A stretch of DNA of 64,000 bases from an uncultured Clostridia bacterium (GTDB taxonomy: Bacteria > Bacillota > Clostridia > TANB77 > CAG-508): the NCBI GenBank assembly GCA_946415375.1, contig CAMKSF010000005.1:621-64620 (forward strand), in the 5' to 3' direction. Below the pieces are notes generated by a model that was not told the origin of the DNA, ran no database searches, and saw only the letters and a program-made list of their open reading frames with translations. Below are positions 20,133 to 28,910 of this stretch, piece after piece (position 1 is the stretch's first letter; each line of letters starts with the position of its first letter). The translations under genes were made by a program, and so were the position numbers.

Positions 20133-21011
20133 CTACTTCTTTATTATTAAATGATGTTCCTTTATTTCAATAGTTCTATCTTCCAAGTTCACCTCAAAAT
20201 AAACCCCATCTGGTATACCATCATCATTAATATTTTCGGTTAAAGAACCCAACACATAATAGTCCTTTCCATCTTCATTTAATTTCTTTGTCCAATGCTG
20301 ATGAGCAGAAAACACTGCCATAACGTTCTTATCTTTTTTTATAATATCTTTTATTATTTTTCTATTTCCTAATAATCCAACTTCTGGTTCAATCTCAAAC
20401 CAGTAATTTCCGGCTTGATTATCTTCAGCTAATCCAAAATGCGTAAATATTAAACAAGGTAATTTGTTTTTATTTAAATCCTCTTTAAACCATTTAATCT
20501 CTTTTTCTGAAATACATTGTGATTTATACAACCCATATATTTCTTCTTTTGAAATATTTTTAAACTTATTTAATATACTATCATCTATATTAACATTTTT
20601 TATTATATCTGTAGACAATATAATAAAATGATATCCTTCTAAATCAAAAGAAAATGTTGCATTTGGATATTCCATAATTGATTCAAGTGTTTCTCTTGAC
20701 TCTATTGTACGTAAATCATGATTCCCAATTACTGAATAAAACGGTGTTTTTATTCTTTTGAGTTTATTCCATATGTATTTGTAATTATTTAAATCTTGAT
20801 CATAATTAAACTGATCTTCGATTAAATCTCCTAAGCAAATACTTATATTAGGTTTAAACTCATTGTTAATTTTATCTATTAAAGTATCAACCAATACATC
20901 TGCATATTGTGTTAATTTTCTTTTTAAAACCCAATCAATTTTTTTCGGTCTTTTGTCTAGATAATGAATGTCAGAGAATAATATTAATTTTAGTTTTGTT
21001 TTATTTTCCAT
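20133..21011 (-). CDS. calcineurin-like metallophosphoesterase
   Basis: The LILFSDIHY and GNHD motifs are present. The six-frame ORF extends further upstream across the tRNA-Ser gene. The real start was taken as MENKTKL at 21009-21011. Confidence 0.65.
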   Translation of the reverse strand: MENKTKLKLILFSDIHYLDKRPKKIDWVLKRKLTQYADVLVDTLIDKINNEFKPNISICLGDLIEDQFNYDQDLNNYKYIWNKLKRIKTPFYSVIGNHDLRTIESRETLESIMEYPNATFSFDLEGYHFIILSTDIIKNVNIDDSILNKFKNISKEEIYGLYKSQCISEKEIKWFKEDLNKNKLPCLIFTHFGLAEDNQAGNYWFEIEPEVGLLGNRKIIKDIIKKDKNVMAVFSAHQHWTKKLNEDGKDYYVLGSLTENINDDGIPDGVYFEVNLEDRTIEIKEHHLIIKK

Positions 21012-21032
21012 ATTTGCACCTTTTTCAAAATT

Positions 21033-21124
21033 TGGCGGAGTGGGCGGGATTCGAACCCGCGGGCCGCTATTCACGGCTAACTGTTTTCGAGACAGCCTCG
21101 TTATGACCACTTCGATACCACTCC
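21033..21124 (-). tRNA. tRNA-Ser (anticodon CGA), class II with a long variable arm, CCA encoded
   Basis: Reverse complement reads GGAGTGG...GCTGT-CTCGAAA-ACAGT...long variable arm...GCGGGTTCGAATCCCGC-CCACTCC-G-CCA. Confidence 0.8.
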
Positions 21125-21214
21125 ATTTAAACAATATTTTAACATCTTTTTCTCTAGTCTTCAATATTTAATATATAAATTTTTAAATTTTTTTACAAAA
21201 AAGATAAAAAAGTG

Positions 21215-21243
21215 TTGACAAATCAAAAAAAATATTGTAGAAT
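21215..21243 (+). promoter_or_regulatory. sigma-70 promoter (TTGACA, 17-nt spacer, TAGAAT) for the tRNA cluster
   Basis: Consensus -35 and near-consensus -10 hexamers about 30 nt upstream of tRNA-Lys. Confidence 0.5.
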
Positions 21244-21274
21244 AGTATTGTTCCGTTTACGAATGGACGTAGAT

Positions 21275-21350
21275 GGGCTATTAGCTCAGGTGGTAGAGCA
21301 CTTGACTTTTAATCAAGTTGTCCCGCGTTCGAGTCGCGGATAGCTCACCA
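21275..21350 (+). tRNA. tRNA-Lys (anticodon TTT)
   Basis: GGGCTATTAGCTCAG...CTTGA-CTTTTAA-TCAAG...TTCGAGT...ATAGCTC-A-CCA. Confidence 0.9.
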
Positions 21351-21381
21351 AATTATTGAATACCCGAAATGGTATTCCAAT

Positions 21382-21456
21382 GGCCCCTTGGTCAAGCGGT
21401 TAAGACATCGCCCTTTCACGGCGGAGACATGGGTTCGATTCCCGTAGGGGTCACCA
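21382..21456 (+). tRNA. tRNA-Glu (anticodon TTC)
   Basis: GGCCCCTTGGTCAAGCGGTTAAGACATCGCCCTTTCACGGCGGAG...GGGTTCGATTCCC...CACCA. This closely matches the canonical Firmicutes tRNA-Glu. Confidence 0.9.
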
Positions 21457-21465
21457 ATTTAATAT

Positions 21466-21777
21466 GCCACTTTAGCTCAGTTGGTAGAGCAACTGACTTG
21501 TGGGATAGATAAACAAAATGTTTATTTTGAACTATCTTGCACCTTTATAGGGAAACCTATAAAGTGGACATCGCTAATTCGGGGAAGACTAAGTTTTATA
21601 TATGTTAATCCCGAGCTAGAAAATTTATTTTCGAGTGTAGAGACTTTATACGATGTGCCTAAGGTTTAATACTATGGCAAAGAGAAAGTCCAGACCGCAA
21701 ACATATTTATTATGGCAATGAAAATTGTAGTGGTATGAATCAGTAGGTCGTCCGTTCAAGTCGGACAAGTGGCTCCA
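21466..21777 (+). tRNA. tRNA-Thr (anticodon TGT) interrupted after anticodon position 36 by a 236-nt insertion; exons 21466-21501 and 21738-21777
   Basis: The 5' exon GCCACTTTAGCTCAGTTGGTAGAGCAACTGACTTGT and 3' exon AATCAGTAGGTCGTCCGTTCAAGTCGGACAAGTGGCTCCA join into a 76-nt cloverleaf. The acceptor stem GCCACTT/AAGTGGC pairs perfectly and the anticodon loop reads CTTGTAA. Confidence 0.7.
21502..21737 (+). ncRNA. putative self-splicing group I intron within tRNA-Thr
   Basis: The upstream exon ends in U and the insertion ends in G, as expected for a group I intron. Internal sequences resemble group I core elements: a TTTATAGG-GAAA-CCTATAAA hairpin with a GNRA tetraloop, GGGGAAGACTAAG (R-like, P7 5' strand) and AAAGAGAAAGTCCAG (S-like, P7 3' strand). 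No homing-endonuclease ORF is present. Confidence 0.6.
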
Positions 21778-21844
21778 TATTGTCAATAGTTTTGAGATGT
21801 CTCTTAATTGTTGGCTTTTTTTTATTGTATAAGGAGGAACTATA

Positions 21845-22564
21845 ATGTCACAAAATGTTGCAATAGTTACAGGTGCATCTCGTGGGATAGGACGAGCAAT
21901 AGCTAAAAGTCTTGCTAATAAAGATTATATTGTAATTGCAAATTATAACAAATCTGAAAAAGAAGCTGTCGAGCTAAAAAATGAATTTAATAATATTGAT
22001 ATATTTAAAGCTGATGTTTCTAAAAGGGATGACGTAAAAAGTCTTGTAGAATATACTCTAAATAAATATGGAAAAATTGATGTGTTAGTTAATAATGCTG
22101 GAATAGATAATGAAAAATTATTTCAAGATATTACAGATGAAGATTGGCAAAATGTTATTAATACAAATCTATATTCTGTGTTTTGTGTGACACAAGAAGT
22201 TGTAAATAATATGATTCATAATAAATCTGGATGTATTATAAATATTTCATCTATTTATGCAATTCAAGGAGGACCATTTGCAGTTGCATACACTGCATCA
22301 AAAGCAGGAATAGATGGAATAACAAAATCACTTGCAAAAGAACTAGGTCCATCAAACATTCGAGTTAATTCAATTGCTCCCGGATGTATAGACACAGATA
22401 TGAACAAATACTTAAGTAAAGAAGATTTAGATAATATAAAAAATGAAACTCCTCTTCAAAAAATAGGTAGGCCAGAAGATATAGCTAAATGCGTAAATTG
22501 GCTTGTAGAAGATGAATTTACAACAGGTCAAGTAATTTCAATAAATGGTGGTTGGAGCATATAA
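21845..22564 (+). CDS. SDR-family oxidoreductase (3-oxoacyl-ACP reductase-like)
   Basis: VAIVTGASRGIGRAIA Rossmann motif, NNAG, and the catalytic Y..SK (AYTASKAG). Confidence 0.85.
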   Translation: MSQNVAIVTGASRGIGRAIAKSLANKDYIVIANYNKSEKEAVELKNEFNNIDIFKADVSKRDDVKSLVEYTLNKYGKIDVLVNNAGIDNEKLFQDITDEDWQNVINTNLYSVFCVTQEVVNNMIHNKSGCIINISSIYAIQGGPFAVAYTASKAGIDGITKSLAKELGPSNIRVNSIAPGCIDTDMNKYLSKEDLDNIKNETPLQKIGRPEDIAKCVNWLVEDEFTTGQVISINGGWSI

Positions 22565-22568
22565 AAAT

Positions 22569-22604
22569 AAGCACTATACTTAAAATAGTATAGTGCTTTT
22601 TTAT
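22569..22604. terminator. bidirectional hairpin terminator between convergent genes
   Basis: aagcactatact-taaaat-agtatagtgctt followed by TTTTTT. Confidence 0.6.
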
Positions 22605-22620
22605 TTTTATATTATTAGTT

Positions 22621-23103
22621 TTATTGATTGTTTTCACTATTTGTTTTTCTTTTATAGTTACCTGATAAAATCTTTGGTAAATATGTAATAATTTTATAAA
22701 CTGCTAATTTTATTTTTTTGCTCCACAAATAAGATCTTCTAAGCTTTCTTACAGATCCGATTGCTGTTGGTTCATCTTCTAATACAACTAATTCTGTTGA
22801 AACCTTTTCTAATGGGAATGAATAGTTTTGTCCTTCATTGTTATCCCATTCTCCATTTTCATTTTTGAATACTAAGTTAAATGATTCTCCTTCACCTAAT
22901 TGTATTTCTGCTTGGAAACCTAACTCTGTTTTTTCCATTTCTAACTCTGTTAAGTTATTCCATTCATTTCCAAAGCCAAAATGTGCATAAACTTTCTCGC
23001 ATCCATCTTGAAAGAATTTTCCTGTGTAAGAGATTCTAACACTACTATTTTCAATTAATTTGTCTGTATTAAAAAATATATTCTTTACTAATTCCATAAC
23101 CAT
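22621..23103 (-). CDS. small protein with a CBM25/26-like (starch-binding-type) module and no signal peptide
   Basis: The pattern VYAHFGFGNEW...FNLVFKNENGEWDNNEGQNYSF resembles carbohydrate-binding beta-sandwich modules. This is a weak assignment. Confidence 0.35.
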   Translation of the reverse strand: MVMELVKNIFFNTDKLIENSSVRISYTGKFFQDGCEKVYAHFGFGNEWNNLTELEMEKTELGFQAEIQLGEGESFNLVFKNENGEWDNNEGQNYSFPLEKVSTELVVLEDEPTAIGSVRKLRRSYLWSKKIKLAVYKIITYLPKILSGNYKRKTNSENNQ

Positions 23104-23295
23104 TTCTCCTTATTTGTCTTTTGCTTTTTACATTATAATATTTTTTTTTACAATATTCAATACTTTTTTCTATTTTTTTCTTTACATTTTCGTTACAAAA
23201 AAATTACAAAATAATTACGAATAATTATACTTCTTTACTTTTTTTTTATTCTATGGTACTATTTGATTAACAACTTATATTTATGAGGTATTTTT

Positions 23296-24834
23296 ATGAA
23301 AAACAAAAGAATTCTACTATTAATTATAATTATTATTTTTTTCATATTTTCTATTATCTTTTCACTTTTAAATTTTGGTAGTACAGAAATAGCCTCTGGA
23401 ATTTCTGTAGGAAATATTAATATATCTAGATTTTCAAAGGAAAGCAGCATACAACTTTTAAATGAGTTAATTTCACAAAGAGATGAAAAAGAATTAACTT
23501 TAGTTTATACAACTGAAAAGGAAAAATATGAAAAAAAGTTAGATTTAACTACATTAGATATTAAATATAATATTGAAGAAAGTATTAATAAAGCATATAG
23601 TATTGGTAAAACTGGAAATATATTTCAATGTAACTTCGAAATTGCGAAAACTTTTATCTTCAAAAAAAATATTGACTTAGATTATTCAATTAATGAAAAA
23701 AAATTTGACTTACTAATTTCTGATATTTCTTCTAATTTACCTGAAAAAATGATTCAGAGCGGATATTATATTGAAGATAAAACTTTAGTAATAACAAAGG
23801 GGGCTTCTGGATTTGTTGTTGATAAAGATACTTTTCTAGAAGATTTGCAAAATTATTTAAACGATCTTTCTTCTAAGAAAACTTCTTTTTCAGTTCCAGT
23901 AAAGGTTGAAAGTCCTAAAAAAATTGATTTAGATAAAATCTATTCGGAAATACATAAAGATGCAAAAAATGCATATTTTAAAGAAAATCCTTTTACAGTA
24001 TTTCCAGAAGTTAGAGGCGTTGACTTTGATTTAAATAAAGCAAAAGAACTTTTAAGTAGAAAAGATGCTACAGAGATATCTATTCCTCTAAAATTTACTG
24101 AACCAAAAGTAAAGCTAAAAAACTTAAAAATTGATGTCTTTCCAAATAAATTATCAACATTTTCTACTAGATTTGACGAAACCAATAAAGACAGAAGTAC
24201 AAATTTAAACATCGCAGCTGCAAAAATTGATGGTACAATTCTTTCACCTGGTGAGGAATTTTCATATAACAAAATAGTAGGAGAACGTTCTATTAAAGCT
24301 GGATATAAAGAGGCAAAAATCTATCAAGGAGGACAAATAATTGATGGTTTAGGAGGAGGTATTTGTCAAATATCTTCTACGTTATATAATGCAGTTATTT
24401 GTGCAAATTTAGATGTAACAGAAAGATATAATCATCAATTTATTACATCATATGTTCAACCTGGTCGTGACGCAACAGTTGCTTATGGTTCAAAAGATTT
24501 TAAATTTAAAAACAATCGAACTTATCCTATAAGAATTGATGTATATATTAGCAATGGTATTGCGAAAGTTGATATTTATGGTATCAAAGAAAAAGATGAA
24601 AAAGAAGTATCTATCGATGTTGAAACAATATCGACAATTCCTTATGAAACAAAATATCAAACAGACGCTAGATTACCTAATGGAACAGAAAAACTAAAAC
24701 AAAGAGGTGCCAATGGACTAATTGTAAAAGCATATAAAGTTATGAAAAAAAATGGTATAACTACATCAAAAGAGTTATTATCAAAAGATACATACAATCC
24801 TCTTGAAAAAATAATTCTAAAGTCTTCTAAATAA
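23296..24834 (+). CDS. VanW-family protein (N-terminal transmembrane anchor plus VanW domain)
   Basis: One N-terminal transmembrane helix. The VanW hallmark GGGICQISSTLYNAV is present. Confidence 0.8.
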   Translation: MKNKRILLLIIIIIFFIFSIIFSLLNFGSTEIASGISVGNINISRFSKESSIQLLNELISQRDEKELTLVYTTEKEKYEKKLDLTTLDIKYNIEESINKAYSIGKTGNIFQCNFEIAKTFIFKKNIDLDYSINEKKFDLLISDISSNLPEKMIQSGYYIEDKTLVITKGASGFVVDKDTFLEDLQNYLNDLSSKKTSFSVPVKVESPKKIDLDKIYSEIHKDAKNAYFKENPFTVFPEVRGVDFDLNKAKELLSRKDATEISIPLKFTEPKVKLKNLKIDVFPNKLSTFSTRFDETNKDRSTNLNIAAAKIDGTILSPGEEFSYNKIVGERSIKAGYKEAKIYQGGQIIDGLGGGICQISSTLYNAVICANLDVTERYNHQFITSYVQPGRDATVAYGSKDFKFKNNRTYPIRIDVYISNGIAKVDIYGIKEKDEKEVSIDVETISTIPYETKYQTDARLPNGTEKLKQRGANGLIVKAYKVMKKNGITTSKELLSKDTYNPLEKIILKSSK

Positions 24835-24840
24835 TACTAT

Positions 24841-24875
24841 ACCTTATTTATCCTTTTGATAAATAAGGTTTTTTA
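24841..24875 (+). terminator. rho-independent terminator after the VanW gene
   Basis: accttatttatc-loop-gataaataaggt is a 12-bp stem followed by TTTTT. Confidence 0.7.
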
Positions 24876-25097
24876 AATTTTTTTATCTCTTCGACAAATT
24901 TCAACACAAAATAAAATATATTTGTAGTATAATATTATGTAAAGGAATTCTTTCAAGGTACAATTTAACCAAGTAAGATATTAGTAATAATTTTTTATTT
25001 CTAAATTACTAATATCTTATTCTTTTTTTAAATAAATCTTTACAAAATGCCGAAAAATGTATATAATAGAAGAAAAAATATAAGGAGGGATATTAAG

Positions 25098-26591
25098 ATG
25101 GCAATGTTTTTAAATGAACCATCAAGAACATTTAATGAATATTTATTAATTCCAAGATTAACAACAAGAGATTGTACACCAGATAAGATTTCTTTAAAAA
25201 CACCTTTAGTAAAACATAAAATAGGTGAAGAACCATCAATGTACTTAAATGTACCTTTTGTTTCTGCTATTATGCAATCTGTTTCAGGAGAAGAAATGGG
25301 AATTGCATTAGCAAGAGAAGGAGGATTAGCATTTATTTTTATGTCTCAATCTATTGAGGATCAAGCTAATATGGTAAGAAATGTTAAGGAAGCAAAATCT
25401 GGATTTGTAAGAAGTAAATGGAATGTAAAACCTGGTGATACTTTAGAAGAAATTTTAAAATTAAAAGAGGAAAGTGATCATTCTACAATACCTGTAACAG
25501 ATGATGGAACTGCATCAGGTAAACTTTTAGGAATAATTACAAGCAAAGATTATAGATTGTCAAGAGATAGTCTTGATAAAAAAGTTGAAGACATTATGAC
25601 CCCAGTTGAAAAACTTATTTATGCAGAAGTTGGATTATCACTTACAGAAGCAAATGATATAATATGGGACAATAAAATTAATTGCTTACCTGTTATTGAG
25701 AAAAATGGTAATCTAAATTCATTGGTTTTTAGAAAAGATTATGAACAACATAAAGAAAATCCATTGTCTTTACAAGATGATGAACAAAGATATATGGTTG
25801 GTGCAGGTGTTAATACAAGAGATTATGAAGAAAGAATTCCTGCATTAGTAGACGCTGGAGCTGACATCTTATGTCTAGATTCATCTGATGGATATTCTGT
25901 ATGGCAAAAAGAAGTTATCGAATGGGTTCACGAAAAATATAATAATAAAGTAAAAATAGGCGCAGGTAATGTTGTAAGCAAAGAAGCCTTTGATTATCTT
26001 GCTGATGCAGGTGCTGATTTTATCAAAATAGGAATTGGAGGAGGTTCAATTTGCATAACACGTGAAACAAAAGGAATTGGACGTGGACAAGCTTCTGCAA
26101 TAATAGATGTAGCAGCAGCTCGTGATGAATATGCAAAAAAGACTGGTATATATATTCCAATATGTTCAGATGGCGGAATAGTTCATGATCATCATATAAC
26201 ACTTGCTTTAGCAATGGGATGTGACTTTGTTATGATGGGAAGATATTTTGCAAGATTTGATGAAAGTCCTACAGCAAAAGTAAAAATAAATAATGAATTC
26301 TTTAAAGAATACTGGGGCGAAGGTTCAAAAAGAGCTAGAAGCTGGCAAAGATATGATTTAGGTTCAAAAGCAGAGAAAATGTCTTTTGTTGAAGGTGTCG
26401 ATTCATATATCCCTTATGCAGGCTCTTTAAAAGAAAATCTAAATGTTACTATAAAGAAAATAAAATCTACAATGTCAAATTGTGGTTCAAAAGATTTAGC
26501 AGAATTTCATGAAAAAGCCATTTTAACACCTGTTTCAAATTTAAGTATTCAAGAAGGTTCTGCTCATGATTTAACAGTAAGAGATGTTTAA
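25098..26591 (+). CDS. guaB: inosine-5'-monophosphate dehydrogenase
   Basis: Catalytic loop [12 protein letters not shown] with the active-site Cys, an inserted CBS pair, and a (beta/alpha)8 barrel layout. The start was taken as ATG 25098 after the AAGGAGGG ribosome-binding site. The six-frame ORF begins earlier at 25047. Confidence 0.9.
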   Translation: MAMFLNEPSRTFNEYLLIPRLTTRDCTPDKISLKTPLVKHKIGEEPSMYLNVPFVSAIMQSVSGEEMGIALAREGGLAFIFMSQSIEDQANMVRNVKEAKSGFVRSKWNVKPGDTLEEILKLKEESDHSTIPVTDDGTASGKLLGIITSKDYRLSRDSLDKKVEDIMTPVEKLIYAEVGLSLTEANDIIWDNKINCLPVIEKNGNLNSLVFRKDYEQHKENPLSLQDDEQRYMVGAGVNTRDYEERIPALVDAGADILCLDSSDGYSVWQKEVIEWVHEKYNNKVKIGAGNVVSKEAFDYLADAGADFIKIGIGGGSICITRETKGIGRGQASAIIDVAAARDEYAKKTGIYIPICSDGGIVHDHHITLALAMGCDFVMMGRYFARFDESPTAKVKINNEFFKEYWGEGSKRARSWQRYDLGSKAEKMSFVEGVDSYIPYAGSLKENLNVTIKKIKSTMSNCGSKDLAEFHEKAILTPVSNLSIQEGSAHDLTVRDV

Positions 26592-26632
26592 AAATAAAAA
26601 AAATTATGTATAATAATACAAGGGAGAAGATT

Positions 26633-27427
26633 ATGGATAAAATTGCTTTAATTGCTGACAGTCATGGAAATTTGACTGCTTTGCAAACAGTTATAAATGA
26701 TATTAAAAAAAGAGGAATTAAGCATATTTATTGTTTAGGAGATATTGCAATAAAAGGTACAAACCCTAATGAAGTAACCGATTTGATAAGAGAAAATTGT
26801 GAGGTTACTGTTAGGGGTAATTGTGATCATTTATTAATATATAATTGTGTTGTTCCATTACAAAAATGGACTTTAAACAAATTATCTGAACAAAATAAAA
26901 ATTTCTTAGCTAATCTTCCTTTTTCTTATGATTTTTATTTAAGCGGTCACTTAGTGAGAATTTTCCATGCTTCTCCTCGTAGCTTAAAACATATTTTTAA
27001 TCCTTTGCATTCTAATGCAGAGAATGACTATAGAAATTTTGAAATAACAGACCCAAAAGATATGTTTGAGAATACTAAATTTTTAGGAAAAACAGAAAAT
27101 GATCCAGTTCCAGATATTATTGGATATGCTCATATCCATTCTCCTAATTTATTTAGATACAAAAATAAATTAATATTCAATACTGGAAGTGTTGGCTTAC
27201 CAATAGAAATTGATAATACAGATTTAGATAGAGATTTATCACACTTTTCAACAATGAGTTCATATGTTATATTAGAAGGAAATCTAAATTCCAAAGAACT
27301 TTCTTCATACTCTATGCAACTAGTAAGACTTCCTTATGATTCAGAAAAAGAAATAGAAAAAATAAAAAATTCAGATATTCCAGATAAAGAAATACTTCTT
27401 AGAAATTATTTATATGCTCAATCTTAA
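26633..27427 (+). CDS. metallophosphoesterase (YfcE/MPP superfamily)
   Basis: IALIADSHGN ... YCLGDI ... GNCD motifs. A GGGAGAAG ribosome-binding site precedes ATG 26633. Confidence 0.65.
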   Translation: MDKIALIADSHGNLTALQTVINDIKKRGIKHIYCLGDIAIKGTNPNEVTDLIRENCEVTVRGNCDHLLIYNCVVPLQKWTLNKLSEQNKNFLANLPFSYDFYLSGHLVRIFHASPRSLKHIFNPLHSNAENDYRNFEITDPKDMFENTKFLGKTENDPVPDIIGYAHIHSPNLFRYKNKLIFNTGSVGLPIEIDNTDLDRDLSHFSTMSSYVILEGNLNSKELSSYSMQLVRLPYDSEKEIEKIKNSDIPDKEILLRNYLYAQS

Positions 27428-27470
27428 AAAATCAAAGATTGACCAATTTAAAAGATAAGAGGATAATAAT

Positions 27471-28715
27471 ATGGATATTAATATTGAAGAAATTCGAGAA
27501 AAACTAACTAAATATAATCAATCTCATTTGCTTGATTTTCTATCTGAAATAACAGATGATAAAAAAGAACAATTGTTGAAACAATTAAGTGATATAGACT
27601 ATGAAAAGATAAACAATTTATACAATAACTTAAAAAATTTCACAATTCCAATAGATGAAATTATAGAACCCCTTGACTATTATATTAAAGATGACTTTAC
27701 AGATTCAGAAAAGAATCAATTAAGTGAAATCGGTGATAAAATATTAATGCAAAATACTTATGCGATAGTCACAATGGCTGGTGGGCAAGGCACAAGACTA
27801 GGTCATAACGGTCCAAAAGGAACTTTTGAACTTAATTTATATCCTGAAAAAAAATCATTGTTTGAAATCCTAGCAATAAAAATTCAGGAGGCTAATGAAA
27901 AATATAGCATTAATATTCCTTGGTATATAATGACAAGTGAAGAAAATAACTATGAAACTATTTCATTTTTTAATGAAAAAAATTATTTTGGTTTGAATAA
28001 AGATAATGTTTTCTTCTTCACTCAAAATAAATTACCACTTGTTTCTTTTAATGGTGATATGCTTTTAGCCGAACCATATAGAGTTCATGAGGTCTCTAAT
28101 GGAAACGGGGATATTTTTGAATCACTTTTAAAAAATGGATTAATAGAAAACATGAAAAATCGAGGAATTAAATGGATTTTCATTTCTGGAATAGATAATA
28201 TATTAGCAGATATTTCTGATCCTTTGTTCTTAGGTTTAACAATAAATAACAATACACAAATTGGTTCAAAAACTATCTTTAAACAAAACGCATATTCACA
28301 GGATTGGGTTTTTTGCAAAAAGAATAATAAGCCATCTATGCTTGGATATGAAAGAATAACTGAAGAAATAACAAATGCAAAAAAAGATGATAAATATCTA
28401 TATCGAGAAATTAACATTCTATGTCATATCTTTTCAATTGATGCATTAGAAAAATGTGCTCATGTTGAATTACCATATCATATGGCAGCTAAAAAGAATA
28501 TTTATATCAATGATGAAGGAATGAAGATATTTCCTAATAAACCAAATTCGTATAAGTTTGAAAAATTTATTTTTGATTCTTTTAAATTTTTTGATAATAT
28601 TACATTACTTAGGGTAAATCCAGAGGAGGAATTTGCACCAATAAAAAATCCTGAAGGCGTATATAGCCCTATGACCGCAACAAAACTATATATTAAGCAA
28701 CAAAATAATGAATAA
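27471..28715 (+). CDS. eukaryotic-type UDP-sugar pyrophosphorylase (UDPGP/UAP1 family; UDP-N-acetylhexosamine pyrophosphorylase-like)
   Basis: The family signature MAGGQGTRLGHNGPKGTF and the overall length of 414 aa fit this family. Confidence 0.7.
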   Translation: MDINIEEIREKLTKYNQSHLLDFLSEITDDKKEQLLKQLSDIDYEKINNLYNNLKNFTIPIDEIIEPLDYYIKDDFTDSEKNQLSEIGDKILMQNTYAIVTMAGGQGTRLGHNGPKGTFELNLYPEKKSLFEILAIKIQEANEKYSINIPWYIMTSEENNYETISFFNEKNYFGLNKDNVFFFTQNKLPLVSFNGDMLLAEPYRVHEVSNGNGDIFESLLKNGLIENMKNRGIKWIFISGIDNILADISDPLFLGLTINNNTQIGSKTIFKQNAYSQDWVFCKKNNKPSMLGYERITEEITNAKKDDKYLYREINILCHIFSIDALEKCAHVELPYHMAAKKNIYINDEGMKIFPNKPNSYKFEKFIFDSFKFFDNITLLRVNPEEEFAPIKNPEGVYSPMTATKLYIKQQNNE

Positions 28716-28722
28716 AATAAAA

Positions 28723-28756
28723 AAGACATTGTAAATTAAATTACAATGTCTTTTTT
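28723..28756 (+). terminator. terminator hairpin after the UDPGP gene, abutting the tRNA-Lys 3' end
   Basis: aagacattgtaa-attaaa-ttacaatgtctt followed by TTTT. Confidence 0.6.
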
Positions 28757-28831
28757 GGTGCGCCATAGAGGAGTCGAACCTCCGACCATTTGATTAAGAG
28801 TCAACTGCTCTACCAACTGAGCTAATGGCGC
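28756..28831 (-). tRNA. tRNA-Lys (anticodon CTT)
   Basis: Reverse complement reads GCGCCATTAGCTCAGTTGGTAGAGCAGTTGACTCTTAATCAAATGGTCGGAGGTTCGACTCCTCTATGGCGCACCA. Confidence 0.8.
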
Positions 28832-28910
28832 ATATATGACGTATTATAATAACAATAACTATTATAATACGTCAAATACATTTTGTCAATACCTATTTTT
28901 CTTTAAAATG

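Noticed and set aside
20909-21171. Plus-strand ORFs and the N-terminal 50-aa extension of the metallophosphoesterase ORF overlapping tRNA-Ser(CGA)
   Set aside because: They are six-frame artefacts crossing a tRNA gene. The metallophosphoesterase start was set at MENKTKL downstream of the tRNA.
21481-21669. 62-aa ORF inside the tRNA-Thr insertion, considered as a possible homing endonuclease
   Set aside because: It is too short and lacks LAGLIDADG, GIY-YIG or HNH motifs. It has no ribosome-binding site and overlaps predicted intron core helices.
24966-25030. Long perfect hairpin (aagatattagtaat...attactaatatctt) plus T-run in the guaB upstream region, considered as a purine riboswitch or attenuator
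   Set aside because: No purine-riboswitch core sequence is present, and a good TTACAA-16-TATAAT promoter lies downstream of the hairpin, directly before guaB. More likely it is a second insulator or terminator after the VanW gene.
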